A stretch of DNA of 64,000 nucleotides from an uncultured Nitrososphaerales archaeon (GTDB taxonomy: Archaea; Thermoproteota; Nitrososphaeria; Nitrososphaerales; Nitrososphaeraceae), in assembly GCA_963695855.1 (NCBI GenBank), contig CAVOHZ010000010.1, forward strand, positions 640,001 through 704,000, in the 5' to 3' direction. The translations under genes and the position numbers were made by a program. Position 1 is the first letter of the stretch; each line of letters starts with the position of its first letter. The notes beneath the pieces were generated by a model. That model did no database searches and was not told the DNA's origin. It saw nothing but the letters and a program-made list of their open reading frames with translations. Positions 9,276 through 19,730 of the stretch are shown one piece after another.

Positions 9276-10289
9276 ATGAGAATTATATTAATTGGATACG
9301 GAGTTATAGGTCAAAGTTTTACAAAACTCCTTCTTTCTAAATCAGTCGATTTATACAATCTATACGGAATGAAACCAAGGATAGTTGCTTGCGTGGATAG
9401 TAAAGGATCCGCAGTAGACCAATCTGGACTCGATCTTCAGAGATTGTTAGAAGTTAAGAAAAATACCGGAACTGTAGGAGGATTTGATAACAAGTTAAAG
9501 GCCGTCGATCCTTTACAAATTATAGAATCTGTTGATGCAGAAGTAGTCGTGGAATTGACTCCTACAAATCTAAACAATGGAGAACCAGGCTTATCCCACA
9601 TAATATCGGCAATGAAATGTGGAAAAAATGTCATAACAGTAAATAAAGGTCCGTTATCGGTGGCTTTCCCTTCTTTAATAGAATTGGCAAATTTTAATGG
9701 AATATTGTTCAGATTTAGCGGAACTGTCGGAGGAGCAACACCAATACTAGAATTTGCAAAAAAGTGTCTAAAAGGAGATAGAATTGTATCTTTCAAGGGT
9801 ATATTAAATGGAACAACAAATTATATTTTAACCAAAATGCAAGAAAAGTTGACATTTACTGAAGCCTTAAATGATGCACAAATAAAAGGATATGCAGAAA
9901 CTGTGCCCTCATTAGATGTCGATGGTTTTGATGCTGCTGCAAAATTGGTAATTATGTCGAATTGGTTGATGGATATGAAAGTAACCTTAAATGATGTAGA
10001 GAGAACTGGTGTTACTAAAGTGCAAACATATGAAGTAATAGAAGCAGAAAAAAGGGGGAATTCGATAAAATTGATAGCTAGTTGTGAGAACAAAAGATTA
10101 TCCGTAAAACCAATGGAAGTATCAAAATTGGATCCCATCTGTGTAAGTGGAACATTAAATGCTGTTACGTTTACACTAGAATATGCTGGCGATCAAACGA
10201 TAATTGGGAGAGGGGCTGGAGGAATAGAGACAGCCAGTGCAGTATTAAGAGACATTATAGAAATAAGGGATAATATAATAAATGTATAA
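9276..10289 (+). CDS. hom: Homoserine dehydrogenase
   Basis: GYGVIG Rossmann motif, TVNKGP, GILNGTTNYIL, D.DG.DAAAK, GRGAGGIETA. Confidence 0.95.
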   Translation: MRIILIGYGVIGQSFTKLLLSKSVDLYNLYGMKPRIVACVDSKGSAVDQSGLDLQRLLEVKKNTGTVGGFDNKLKAVDPLQIIESVDAEVVVELTPTNLNNGEPGLSHIISAMKCGKNVITVNKGPLSVAFPSLIELANFNGILFRFSGTVGGATPILEFAKKCLKGDRIVSFKGILNGTTNYILTKMQEKLTFTEALNDAQIKGYAETVPSLDVDGFDAAAKLVIMSNWLMDMKVTLNDVERTGVTKVQTYEVIEAEKRGNSIKLIASCENKRLSVKPMEVSKLDPICVSGTLNAVTFTLEYAGDQTIIGRGAGGIETASAVLRDIIEIRDNIINV

Positions 10290-10381
10290 AACTTAAAATT
10301 AAATACCTCAAATGTAGACAAAATTGTTTTTTGGTGTCAATGTCAAAAGGATTATTAGCCAGAATTAGACTCCTTAGATAA

Positions 10382-11026
10382 ATGTACAGCGGAGAAATGG
10401 AAGTTCAAGCTAAGAGAAAAGCACTGGCAGTTTTATATGATGAAATTAACAAAATATTAAATTCTGCTAGGGAGTTATCGAATTTGACTGCATCATTAAT
10501 TAACGAAGAAAATGATGATATCAAGACAAGTTTAGAAAGAATTAGAGATACAGAGGATGAAGTAGAAAATATAAGAAAAATTATCCGAGTAGCTGAAATT
10601 GATAGCTTGATGGGATACAGAGAAGATGTTCTTAGATCAGCATACATAATAGCTGATATTGCGGATTATATTAGTGGAATTGCTTTTAGATTGTCTAAAA
10701 TGAACATGTGTGTACTTAAAAAATCAAACTTTGATAAAGATATTAAAACATTAATAGATAAAGCAGTTGATTCTATTTTTAAACTGAATGAAATGGCGCG
10801 TGCATTGAGCATCAATCCTGTAAATACCATTGAATTAGCTCAAGTACAAAAACTAGAGATAGAAGTAGATGCGAAATATAGAAATATGATCATAAAAACA
10901 TTTAACGAAACAGAACATACAAAAGAATTATTACATTTGAAAGACACCGTAGAGGGAATAGAAGGAATGGCTGATAAATGTCAGGAAGCCTCTGATTCCT
11001 TTACAATACTAGCATTAAGCCTATAA
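10382..11026 (+). CDS. DUF47 / PhoU-like phosphate transport regulator
   Basis: All-helical, repeated E...D motifs (EDEVE, EIEVD, EGMADKCQEASD). Confidence 0.8.
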   Translation: MYSGEMEVQAKRKALAVLYDEINKILNSARELSNLTASLINEENDDIKTSLERIRDTEDEVENIRKIIRVAEIDSLMGYREDVLRSAYIIADIADYISGIAFRLSKMNMCVLKKSNFDKDIKTLIDKAVDSIFKLNEMARALSINPVNTIELAQVQKLEIEVDAKYRNMIIKTFNETEHTKELLHLKDTVEGIEGMADKCQEASDSFTILALSL

Positions 11027-11030
11027 GGTA

Positions 11031-11585
11031 ATGAAAGATAAAAAAATTATAGGAGAATTAATAGAAAACAGAGTTATAGTTTGGAACATTTTAGAATCTA
11101 GGGATCTGTTTGGTAATGGGTATTTTGGGAAACCTCTGGGAGTTCCCAAACCAAAAGGAATTAATTTTGACTCTCCATTGATACTTGATTTAGTAGAAAG
11201 TTACTATTTGATACAGAAAGGAAAACTTAAAGTTATTTCAAATGACAAGTTATTATCTTTACGCGATTATAAGGAAATATGTAGAAAGCAATATGATAAA
11301 TTCGATTTAAAATATACAGTATTTCAGAATTTGAGAGACAGAGGATATGTAGTATCACCTGGAATAAAATTCGGATGTGATTTTGCAGTATATGAACATG
11401 GTCCGGGAATAGATCATGCACCATTTTTAGTGCAGGTATTAAATGCGGAAGAAGTGATTACGGCTACTAACATTATTTTATCAGGAAGACTTGCTACTAC
11501 AGTTAAAAAACAATTCATAATTGCAATTCCTAAAATGAAGGATAAGAGTGTACAGTTTATAGCGTTTGATTGGTGGAGGGCCTGA
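11031..11585 (+). CDS. endA: tRNA-intron endonuclease, catalytic subunit
   Basis: GIKFGCDFAVY..GPGIDHAPF and RLATTVKK catalytic Y/H/K; crenarchaeal-type loop GYFGKPLGVPKPK. Confidence 0.93.
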   Translation: MKDKKIIGELIENRVIVWNILESRDLFGNGYFGKPLGVPKPKGINFDSPLILDLVESYYLIQKGKLKVISNDKLLSLRDYKEICRKQYDKFDLKYTVFQNLRDRGYVVSPGIKFGCDFAVYEHGPGIDHAPFLVQVLNAEEVITATNIILSGRLATTVKKQFIIAIPKMKDKSVQFIAFDWWRA

Positions 11586-12084
11586 TATAGCAGTATAATA
11601 ACATCAAGATGTTGGTTTATTCTATGAAAAAAATTTCTTCCAATAAAATTTAATAAAATTCTGACCATTTCCTTGAAATAATTTTCACCAAGAGATTGGA
11701 ATTATGTCATGTCGAATAAAGAATAACGAAACTAATTGATAAATAACAATTATTATTTGGTTATGTTATTTTAACTGTATCATTATTCAAGTTTAAACCA
11801 GCCTTTTACGGTTGTAGCATTATTTTGCGAGTATTAATAAATCTAAATAGTGTGCAACCTAATTAGATTCATCTACGGAAATTTTTTTTTCTAGACTTCT
11901 AAATTCTCTCTAATCATCGCTGATAGTTTTTTATAAATATTATTAATGATAAAATTTATAACACAATTAAAAAGAGGAAAATATCAGAGTAATAAGATGG
12001 TACAGAGTCTAATTTTGACTGAAGAAACCTTATCGTCTTAATCACAAAGATAAAATAAGTCAAATTTCGCATAATACTAAATAC

Positions 12085-12303
12085 ATGAACCGGATAAAGA
12101 GATTATCTAATGAACTTTTAGAGAGGTATCATGACAAATTTACTATTAACTTTGATGAAAATAAAAAAAGTATTTCTGATTTAGCTACAATTCGATCCAA
12201 GATTTTGAGGAACCAGATAGCTGGATACATTACGTCAAAATTAAAAAGGGATGCGGATCAGGAAAAGACTGAATATACTGAAGATCAAACAGAAGGGAAC
12301 TAA
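12085..12303 (+). CDS. rps17e: 30S ribosomal protein eS17
   Basis: FDENKK...SKILRNQIAGYIT. Confidence 0.95.
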   Translation: MNRIKRLSNELLERYHDKFTINFDENKKSISDLATIRSKILRNQIAGYITSKLKRDADQEKTEYTEDQTEGN

Positions 12304-12311
12304 ATCTTATC

Positions 12312-12563
12312 TTGATCACCTTGAATCTTATGGGAGGATTGATATATGCTATTGGTCAAAATACATTAACTATAGATAAATCACAATCATCTATAAAAGA
12401 GATTTTAGACATTTTAAAAAACAAATCAAAAGATAAAAAAATAGTCGATAATAATATCATGATATCTATTAATGGTATAGATTCCAATGTATTGGGTGGT
12501 AGGAATGCCTCAGTTTCTGAGCAAGATAAGATTGTGGCAGTAACAATTGTACATGGGGGTTAA
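12312..12563 (+). CDS. MoaD/ThiS-family ubiquitin-like protein (SAMP/Urm1-like)
   Basis: ISINGID...D.I..VHGG with C-terminal diglycine. Confidence 0.88.
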   Translation: MITLNLMGGLIYAIGQNTLTIDKSQSSIKEILDILKNKSKDKKIVDNNIMISINGIDSNVLGGRNASVSEQDKIVAVTIVHGG

Positions 12564-13110
12564 AAACACCCTTCACACGAGTTTGATCTTAAAAAAAATT
12601 AATGAAAAATATATTTATTGTCATACTTCTTTCGTAAAAAAAGATAGTGATTATCTAAAAATAATAGAAAGAATAAAAGAAGAATGTCCTAAATCAAATA
12701 TCCAAATCATTAACACAAACTTGATTTATAATTTCGAACACATATCTGAGGTTTTAAAAATCTCTCTTTCTGCCAAAGAGAGAGACATTTTGGTTGCTAG
12801 AAAAATTGAGATGGATTTTTTAATGCGGATTATAGGAACCAGTCAAATTTCTGATGCAATAAAAATTGGAGGAATAAAATATGATCAATACAATACACTT
12901 GTTGCTCTAAGTGATGATAAATTGGAAGCAAAAAAAATAAGAGAAAAGTTATATTTATTGTTTGGTCATTCATATGATAAATTATTATTAGACAGCAAAG
13001 AACAGGCAATAAAATTAAATTATTTTAAAAAAGAATTTCAGAATCATCTTCTAAATGAAGGAATAATAATAGATGTGTTAAGAGAAAAAGCTATTTTGGT
13101 TACTTTATAA
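12547..13110 (+). CDS. cgi121: KEOPS complex subunit Cgi121 (start uncertain)
   Basis: ARKIEMDFLMRIIGTSQISDAIKIGGIK; C-terminal REKAIL. Confidence 0.85.
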   Translation: MYMGVKNTLHTSLILKKINEKYIYCHTSFVKKDSDYLKIIERIKEECPKSNIQIINTNLIYNFEHISEVLKISLSAKERDILVARKIEMDFLMRIIGTSQISDAIKIGGIKYDQYNTLVALSDDKLEAKKIREKLYLLFGHSYDKLLLDSKEQAIKLNYFKKEFQNHLLNEGIIIDVLREKAILVTL

Positions 13111-13164
13111 TAATTGCAATATTTATTTTTGGATGAATAAATTCAACACTGCTCTTTCGGATCC

Positions 13165-14441
13165 TCAATTTATTTTATGAATAATAATTGAAGGATTTTT
13201 AGAAATAGCTTCATTAAAAGTATACTCATATGCAAAACCCCCAAATGGAGATTTTAGTTTTTCTGTATGAATGATTTTATTTTCATCAGTTATTAAAAAA
13301 TCAAAACTAGAATACCTTAACAGATCTTTATTAGTAGGATGTTGTAGATTCATTACGAAGTTAATTGGAGTCAGAGGAGTGATTATGGGAGGATTCCAAG
13401 AAATTTGAAACAAATATTTTTCATTAGTAGTCAAAATGTCCAAAGGAAATTTTGGCTTTTCCATAGCAAAAATTTTGAAGGGCGTGAGTATTTGATTATT
13501 ATCGTTATTAATTATGTTCTTTAAGTATATTTGCCTTGATAATTGATCTAATTGGTCTTTATTGAGAACCATATAAACAACGTGAATTTGGATCAGTGAA
13601 ATCATCCACAACGATCGACCTTGTTGAAAGATTCTTATCGAAAATTAAACCATTATAATTATTATTTTTTGAAAGATCTAATTTTTTGGGTATTACGAAT
13701 TCTAGATGTAAGAAACGGATTTGTTGAATGTATATTGGGTCCAAATAAACGGCATAAAAAATGATAATGTTTTATTTTCTATATCATAATCAATATTTTT
13801 TATAGAATCATAATAACTCTTTATTATTAATTTTTCCTTTTCCTTATCGTAGTTTATTACATCCAAAAAATAATTCTTTCCAATGCTTATGAATAAGTCG
13901 ATTTTTATGTCGTTATCGAGTTGTAATTCTTTACTAGTTTTTTTCAAAATAACACTAATGTGAAATAAACAGTCGTCTGAAAGAACTTTACTTCTTATTT
14001 TAAAAATATTATCTGGTTTTATATCTATAAGACAACTTCCAGGGTTTAATATGTCCTGAGTTGGTATATTTATAATAGGTTGAAGTTTTTTCTCTGGTAC
14101 GAGGTGAAAGACAAAGAACCCATTACTTGAATTAATACACAAGTTCAAAAGAGATTCTGGGCCAGACTAAATCTTGATATCGTAATCAATATTGGAGATA
14201 GTTTGATTAATTAGTTTATCGAAAATTCTAAGTAAAAACTTTGTATTTGAAAAATCCACAGGATCTTCAATAAATGCCGGAGTTAATGTTGTCTCAACAA
14301 CTATACTTTTACCAGAAATGTCAACATGAACAGAGCTGTCTGTACTTAGGCCATGTCCATAAATATGAATCAAAGAGTTTTGTAAAAGTAGAACGGTGAA
14401 AATGGAGATAACAAAATTATAAAAAAATTTTTATTTCTCAC
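13165..14441 (-). pseudogene. Fragmented large secreted protein resembling thaumarchaeal PEFG-CTERM-type surface proteins
   Basis: Collinear fragments 14167-14373, 13702-14148, 13559-13744, 13165-13611 separated by stops and frameshifts; broken signal peptide from GTG 14441; HGL.., SYYD.I.N..YD..NK..SF.MPF.W motifs. Confidence 0.7.
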
Positions 14442-14507
14442 CTGATATTTTAGGTTGATAAAAGATATTATTAACTTTCTAAAAATTTAAATTCTTTCTA
14501 CAATTTA

Positions 14508-15535
14508 GAGTCTATCCCAAAATTATCATTCTGTAAACAATATGGTACTAGCTATACTGGCTAACTTAATTGCGTGTATTCTGTGATATTGGAAAATATC
14601 AATTTCAAGTGTAATAAACATTTTTTATCCAAAGAATTTGTAAATGAATTTTTGTTAGCCAGTATAGCTGCACAAGACCAAGATAGTTCGCTTTTTTCTT
14701 TTTATACCTTGTAAATAATTTCCTTAATCTATTATGTCATGAATTTGTTTTTTCTGAAACCCATCTTGTTGCTGGATGTGGCTTATCAATTTTCTTTTCC
14801 TTTCTCCTATGTCTTATGTGGGTTATGTATCCTCACTTAATGATTTCTTGTTCTACTTCTTAGGAATGATATGCCTTATCAAGACATAAATTCTGTTTTT
14901 TCTTTTGTGTATTCTTGTCTTTAGATATTTCCTTTGATGGTGGTTGTCTGTAACAGCCAAGCTATCAACTATATTTATTGGAGCAGTAAAATTATGAGTA
15001 CTGGCAGATGCTATAATAGCTGATAGCGCAATTACATTTTTATCCGTTAAAATATGTTTTTGTTCCTAAGTGGCGTCTATCACTACTATTTTGACATGTA
15101 TTCGTCTTCCCAAAAAATATTTTATAGATATACTGACAAGTGACTGCCATTTCCATTTAACTCCTCTCTCGTCATCATATATTTTTAGTAATCTTGTGCA
15201 TAATTTGACAAATGTACCTAATTGTATATACTCTTGAAATATTCTATTCCATATAGAACATGAACCATATTTTCTTGGTAACATTTTCCACTGACACCAA
15301 GTTCTCGAGACAAACATTATTCAATATAGTACTTTTCTATAGGGAACAATGGAACGACTGATTTTGTTCTCTGGCTTTTCATCTGGTAAAATATTTTTAA
15401 TTCCATTTCACAGATAATCTAGATTACGTGCAATTGTTCTAACATATCATTTTGTCTTATTGATTTTCTTCAATTATTGCTATTATGATAATGAAACCAA
15501 ACTAGCTGGATTCCTATATATTTTTGGGGTAGCTC
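14508..15535 (-). mobile_element. Degraded IS5-family element
   Basis: RTWCQWKMLPRKYGS...W.WQS transposase fragment, LCLDKAY and PATRWV remnants, many stops; imperfect TIRs GAGTCTATCCCAAAA (14508) / TTTTGGGGTAGCTC (15535). Confidence 0.85.
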
Positions 15536-15586
15536 GAGTTTGAAGCTTTAAGAATATAACGGGGGGAATATAGATGAATAGTAACA

Positions 15587-16246
15587 ATGAAAGGCTTACT
15601 TATTATTTTAGTAATCCTATGTTTTTGTTATTTTAATTTAGAATCTGTTTTTGCTCATGAAGAAATCAAATTAGGAAATATTACTGTGGAAGCTGGATGG
15701 ACGAAGGAACCTCCGTTGTTAAACACCTTGAATCAAATTGTTATATCAATATCTGAGAACGATAATCCGGTGAGAAATGCTTTGAAGGATATGACGGTAT
15801 CTATTCAATATGGAGGAATCTCAAAGCAACTGAGTTTCCTGCCTTCTGATGAATCCCCAGGAATTTACGTGGCAGAAATAATCCCTTCAAAAACAGGTAC
15901 TTATTATATTTATATGAACGGTCAATTAAAAGATCAAAAAATTAAAACAGAATTACAAATTGAGGATGTGGAGGATACAAAACAAATCTCTTTTCCTCCA
16001 GCTATCCAAGATACTTCTGAATCTACAGCAATCATTGGCAACCAAATCAAACCAATAATAAGTGATGTGATTAATCAAATAGATAATTTAAAGAAGGAAT
16101 TAAATTTTACAAATTCATTGTTGCAGGAAGCTTTGAATAAATACGAATCAATTCAGCAAAACATGGATAAAATTAATTTCATTAGCTATATAGCAGTTGG
16201 TTTAGGAACAGTTGGAATTTTGCTCTTTATTTTAAGGAAGAAATAA
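15587..16246 (+). CDS. Secreted, C-terminally membrane-anchored hypothetical protein
   Basis: Signal peptide ending VFA/H, Ig-like beta region (PGIYVAEIIPSKTGTYYI), coiled coil, C-terminal TM + RKK. Confidence 0.85.
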   Translation: MKGLLIILVILCFCYFNLESVFAHEEIKLGNITVEAGWTKEPPLLNTLNQIVISISENDNPVRNALKDMTVSIQYGGISKQLSFLPSDESPGIYVAEIIPSKTGTYYIYMNGQLKDQKIKTELQIEDVEDTKQISFPPAIQDTSESTAIIGNQIKPIISDVINQIDNLKKELNFTNSLLQEALNKYESIQQNMDKINFISYIAVGLGTVGILLFILRKK

Positions 16247-16266
16247 TTTATACCGAATAGTTAATA

Positions 16267-17142
16267 TCATTTTTCTTTGTTGTTTAATATATTCATAACT
16301 TTATACATTTTCTCATATGAATCTTTGATATCATGATATTTTTGGAGAGAAGATTTAATATTTGTTATATTTTGAAATAATTTCAATTCATTTTTGTCAT
16401 TGATTAATTCATTATATTTTTGGTTAATTTTGAAATAATTCAATAATTCTTTTTTAAAGAAATGATTATCAAAAAAAAGTGAATTAATTAAGTCAGGTTC
16501 ATCATTCAAAATGCTCTCAGAAAGAATACACTGAATTTTAAAAGTAGTTCCTCCAAAAGTCAATAAATCATAATAATTCTTCTCGTGCAAAACATCAGCA
16601 AATAAAATATTTACATAATGAGTAAGCCCCAATACAACTGCCATCATCTGATCATGTAGACTTACATTTTTAACCTCTAAAATATTTGATTTAGGAAACA
16701 TATTCTTAACTACCTTAATTTCATTTTCCCGATTTCTTATCGGAATAAATAAAATCTTTAAATCCTTTTCTCTAGACGCTCCTGGACCAAACATTGGATG
16801 TATACAAATAGGAACGATAAAATCTGAGATAATTCTTAACTCTCTAAAGGATTTATTTTTTATAGATGAAATCTCGACAAGCTTAGATGAAGGTTTCATT
16901 AATTTAGAACATGTTTTTATCATTTTGGGGATGACTCTCAAAGGAACGCAAAGAATCACAAGGTCAGAAGTTTCAACACATTGTTGAAGATTATTTTCAA
17001 TTATAATGTTCCGTGCACTTAGTAACGCATTAGTTCTTATATCATATGCTTTTAGTATTACATCTTTTCTATGAAGAAAATATTTTATGAACCAAGATCC
17101 CATTTTTCCGCTAGCGCCGATAATCGATATCTCTGTTTTCAT
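16267..17142 (-). CDS. tyrA: Prephenate/arogenate dehydrogenase
   Basis: IIGASGKMG, EISSIK, IHPMFGP, HDQMMAVVLGLTH. Confidence 0.93.
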   Translation of the reverse strand: MKTEISIIGASGKMGSWFIKYFLHRKDVILKAYDIRTNALLSARNIIIENNLQQCVETSDLVILCVPLRVIPKMIKTCSKLMKPSSKLVEISSIKNKSFRELRIISDFIVPICIHPMFGPGASREKDLKILFIPIRNRENEIKVVKNMFPKSNILEVKNVSLHDQMMAVVLGLTHYVNILFADVLHEKNYYDLLTFGGTTFKIQCILSESILNDEPDLINSLFFDNHFFKKELLNYFKINQKYNELINDKNELKLFQNITNIKSSLQKYHDIKDSYEKMYKVMNILNNKEK

Positions 17143-17148
17143 TAAATG

Positions 17149-18534
17149 TTAACCTTGAGTAAGAATTCTCTCCATTATATCTAATCCCTCATTTAATACG
17201 GTTTCTGGTTGACATGCGGATATTCGTATAAAGTGTTTATAAAAGCTACCAAATCCACTTCCGGGAGCAATAGCTACTCCATTTTCTAATAATTTTTCTA
17301 CTAAAGCCATATCTGATTTATAGACATCTGAGAGAATTTTGGGATATACGTACATTGCACCATCAGGATATACAAATTCCGTCCTCATTTTTCTTACTCG
17401 TTTGGTGATCAAATCAATACGGGATTTAACTAAATCTACATTATCTTGGATACTGCTTTCTAAAGCGCTCAATGCACAATATTGCATTGGTTCTGCCACC
17501 GAAGTAATAGAAGTAGCTTGTACTCCGCTCATCTTTCTAATTATTTCTTTATCAGATATCGCGTATCCCACCCTGAATCCAGTCATACCAAAAGTTTTGG
17601 AAAAAGATGAGATCGTTATTTTTTTGCTACATTCATACTCTAACAGACTAGTAAAATCTATGAAAGAATAAGCCGAATAGACTTCATCACTAAGTAAAAA
17701 TAAGTTATAATCTTTTGAAATAGATACAATTTTGTCAAGAATGTTTTTTGGAAGTATTTTTCCCGTTGGATTGTTCGGATAATTTAATATTATCATTTTT
17801 GTGTTAGCATTGAGCAGATTTTCAAGTTTTGAAACATTTGGAATCCATTTATCTTCTAATGATGTTTTTAATGATTTTATTTTTACCCCAATAAAGTCTG
17901 CACATTCTTTATACGCAGGCCAAGATGGTTCAATATTTATCAATTCGTCGCCTGGTTTTAAAAGAGATGTAATAGCGCTAAATACTGCAAATCTACCACC
18001 AGGGGTAACCAATACTTGTTCAGAATTCGTACCAAATCCTATTCTTTCCGCTATCGCATTTCGAAGTCTTGGTATTCCAGAAATTTCTGTATAATGATAT
18101 TTTTTATCATCATATATTTTTAATAGTTCGTTTCTCACGGATAACGGAGGAGCATAATCAGGTTCGCCTACTTCCAAGTGGAAAATATTCTGACCAAGTT
18201 TTTCCATTTCCTTAGCTTTCATGAAAACTGCCATATGTGGAGATATTTTGTGACTGTCAGATTTGCGATTTTGAACTTTCACTGACTCTAGTAATAGAAT
18301 ATTTAATAATTTACCGGAAAATTCTAAATCTATTCTAAGTTCTTTAGCAAGTTTAATTATTGATTCCTTTATATCATTCTCTACTTGTTCATCTTCTACA
18401 TCAATAGAGAGCTCTTGTTTTATATTACCAATTCTTTTGGCAATCTCCATTCTATTATGAACTAATCTAATTATTTCGCTAGTAACTTCCTTAATTTGAT
18501 TCCGCAAACCACTTAGTTCTTCTGAATTACTCAT
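17149..18534 (-). CDS. Chorismate mutase (AroQ) fused to class I/II PLP aminotransferase
   Basis: N-terminal LSGLRNQI...R...A..IG.IK; NYPNNPTG, SDEVY, SFSKTFGMTGFRVG. Confidence 0.9.
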   Translation of the reverse strand: MSNSEELSGLRNQIKEVTSEIIRLVHNRMEIAKRIGNIKQELSIDVEDEQVENDIKESIIKLAKELRIDLEFSGKLLNILLLESVKVQNRKSDSHKISPHMAVFMKAKEMEKLGQNIFHLEVGEPDYAPPLSVRNELLKIYDDKKYHYTEISGIPRLRNAIAERIGFGTNSEQVLVTPGGRFAVFSAITSLLKPGDELINIEPSWPAYKECADFIGVKIKSLKTSLEDKWIPNVSKLENLLNANTKMIILNYPNNPTGKILPKNILDKIVSISKDYNLFLLSDEVYSAYSFIDFTSLLEYECSKKITISSFSKTFGMTGFRVGYAISDKEIIRKMSGVQATSITSVAEPMQYCALSALESSIQDNVDLVKSRIDLITKRVRKMRTEFVYPDGAMYVYPKILSDVYKSDMALVEKLLENGVAIAPGSGFGSFYKHFIRISACQPETVLNEGLDIMERILTQG

Positions 18535-19638
18535 TTAAACACCTCGTAACACGTTTGGAATAAATCCACATTTAATAGCATGATCTCCCAATGTAAGTGA
18601 TACTATACTCTCAACAACAGGTGGAGCTCTCGGAACAACACAAGGATCGTGTCTTCCCGGTACCTGCAAATCCACAAGAGATTTTGTAGCAAAATCAAAT
18701 GTTTTCTGTGTCTTTGCTATAGAAGCTGCAGGCTTAAATCCTATCCTTATAATTAATGGCATTCCAGTAGATAAACCTCCCAAAATACCTCCAGAATTGT
18801 TAGTAAGGGTGATTATTTTACCTTTCTCGCTAACGAATAAATCATTATTTTCTGAACCTAATTTTCTAGTAGCTCCGAAACCGGAGCCAAATTCGACTGC
18901 CTTAACAGCAGGTATGCTGAATAACGCTTTGCTTAAATCAGATTCCAACGACGAAAAGACTGGTTCTCCTAGACCCACAGGGATACTCTTGCTAACACAT
19001 TCTATAATACCGCCAATTGAATTTCCTGATTGTCTCGAAGTAAGAATAGCTTGTCTCATTTTTTCGGCTGTTTTCAGATCTGGACAACGAACTTCATTTG
19101 TATATCTATTCTTTTTAGCCAATTCAAAAGAAACGTCAGGAGATTTTATACCACCTATTTCAATGGTATAAGCTATGGTTTCTATTCCTAAAGTTTTTTT
19201 TAGCAATTTTTTAGCTATAACCCCTGCCATAACATAACTGGCGGTAAGTCTTCCTGAAAATCTTCCACTCCCCCTATAGTCACCATACCCACCGTATTTT
19301 ACCATAGCAGGAAAATCCGAATGACCTGGTCTGGGTATATTTTTTATTATATCATAAGGACGAGAATCGGAATCCTTATTCCAAATAATCATACATACAG
19401 GAGCACCGGTAGTATACCCATTAAAAGTTCCTGAAAGAATCTCGACTTTGTCATCTTCTTTTCTCTGAGTTGTGATTGCTGATTGTCCAGGTTTTCTTAG
19501 ATCTAGATCCGGCTGGATATCAGATTCAGAAATTTCTAGTCCTGCAGGACATCCATCGAGTATCGCTCCAACACATTTTCCATGACTCTCACCAAAACTA
19601 GTAACAACAAGTCTTTCTCCTAGACTATTTCCTACCAT
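18535..19638 (-). CDS. aroC: Chorismate synthase
   Basis: FGESHG, PRPGHSD, GRFSGR, GRHDPCVVPRA. Confidence 0.96.
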   Translation of the reverse strand: MVGNSLGERLVVTSFGESHGKCVGAILDGCPAGLEISESDIQPDLDLRKPGQSAITTQRKEDDKVEILSGTFNGYTTGAPVCMIIWNKDSDSRPYDIIKNIPRPGHSDFPAMVKYGGYGDYRGSGRFSGRLTASYVMAGVIAKKLLKKTLGIETIAYTIEIGGIKSPDVSFELAKKNRYTNEVRCPDLKTAEKMRQAILTSRQSGNSIGGIIECVSKSIPVGLGEPVFSSLESDLSKALFSIPAVKAVEFGSGFGATRKLGSENNDLFVSEKGKIITLTNNSGGILGGLSTGMPLIIRIGFKPAASIAKTQKTFDFATKSLVDLQVPGRHDPCVVPRAPPVVESIVSLTLGDHAIKCGFIPNVLRGV

Positions 19639-19730
19639 GATATCAAAGCATAAATTACTAAACACCTTATATATTGACTTTTAATAGATTGAAATCCTGA
19701 TTTGAATCGTGACTGGATAATTATGAATAA

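Noticed and set aside
9437-10138. Antisense ORFs within hom (and similar shadows in aroC, lysS, nrdJ, secY, mdh and others)
   Set aside because: Fully overlap well-supported genes and have no recognisable motifs
11586-12084. Long intergenic regions (also 30352-30757, 62069-62494) as ncRNA loci
   Set aside because: Very AT-rich with no convincing stems or C/D, H/ACA motifs that I can support
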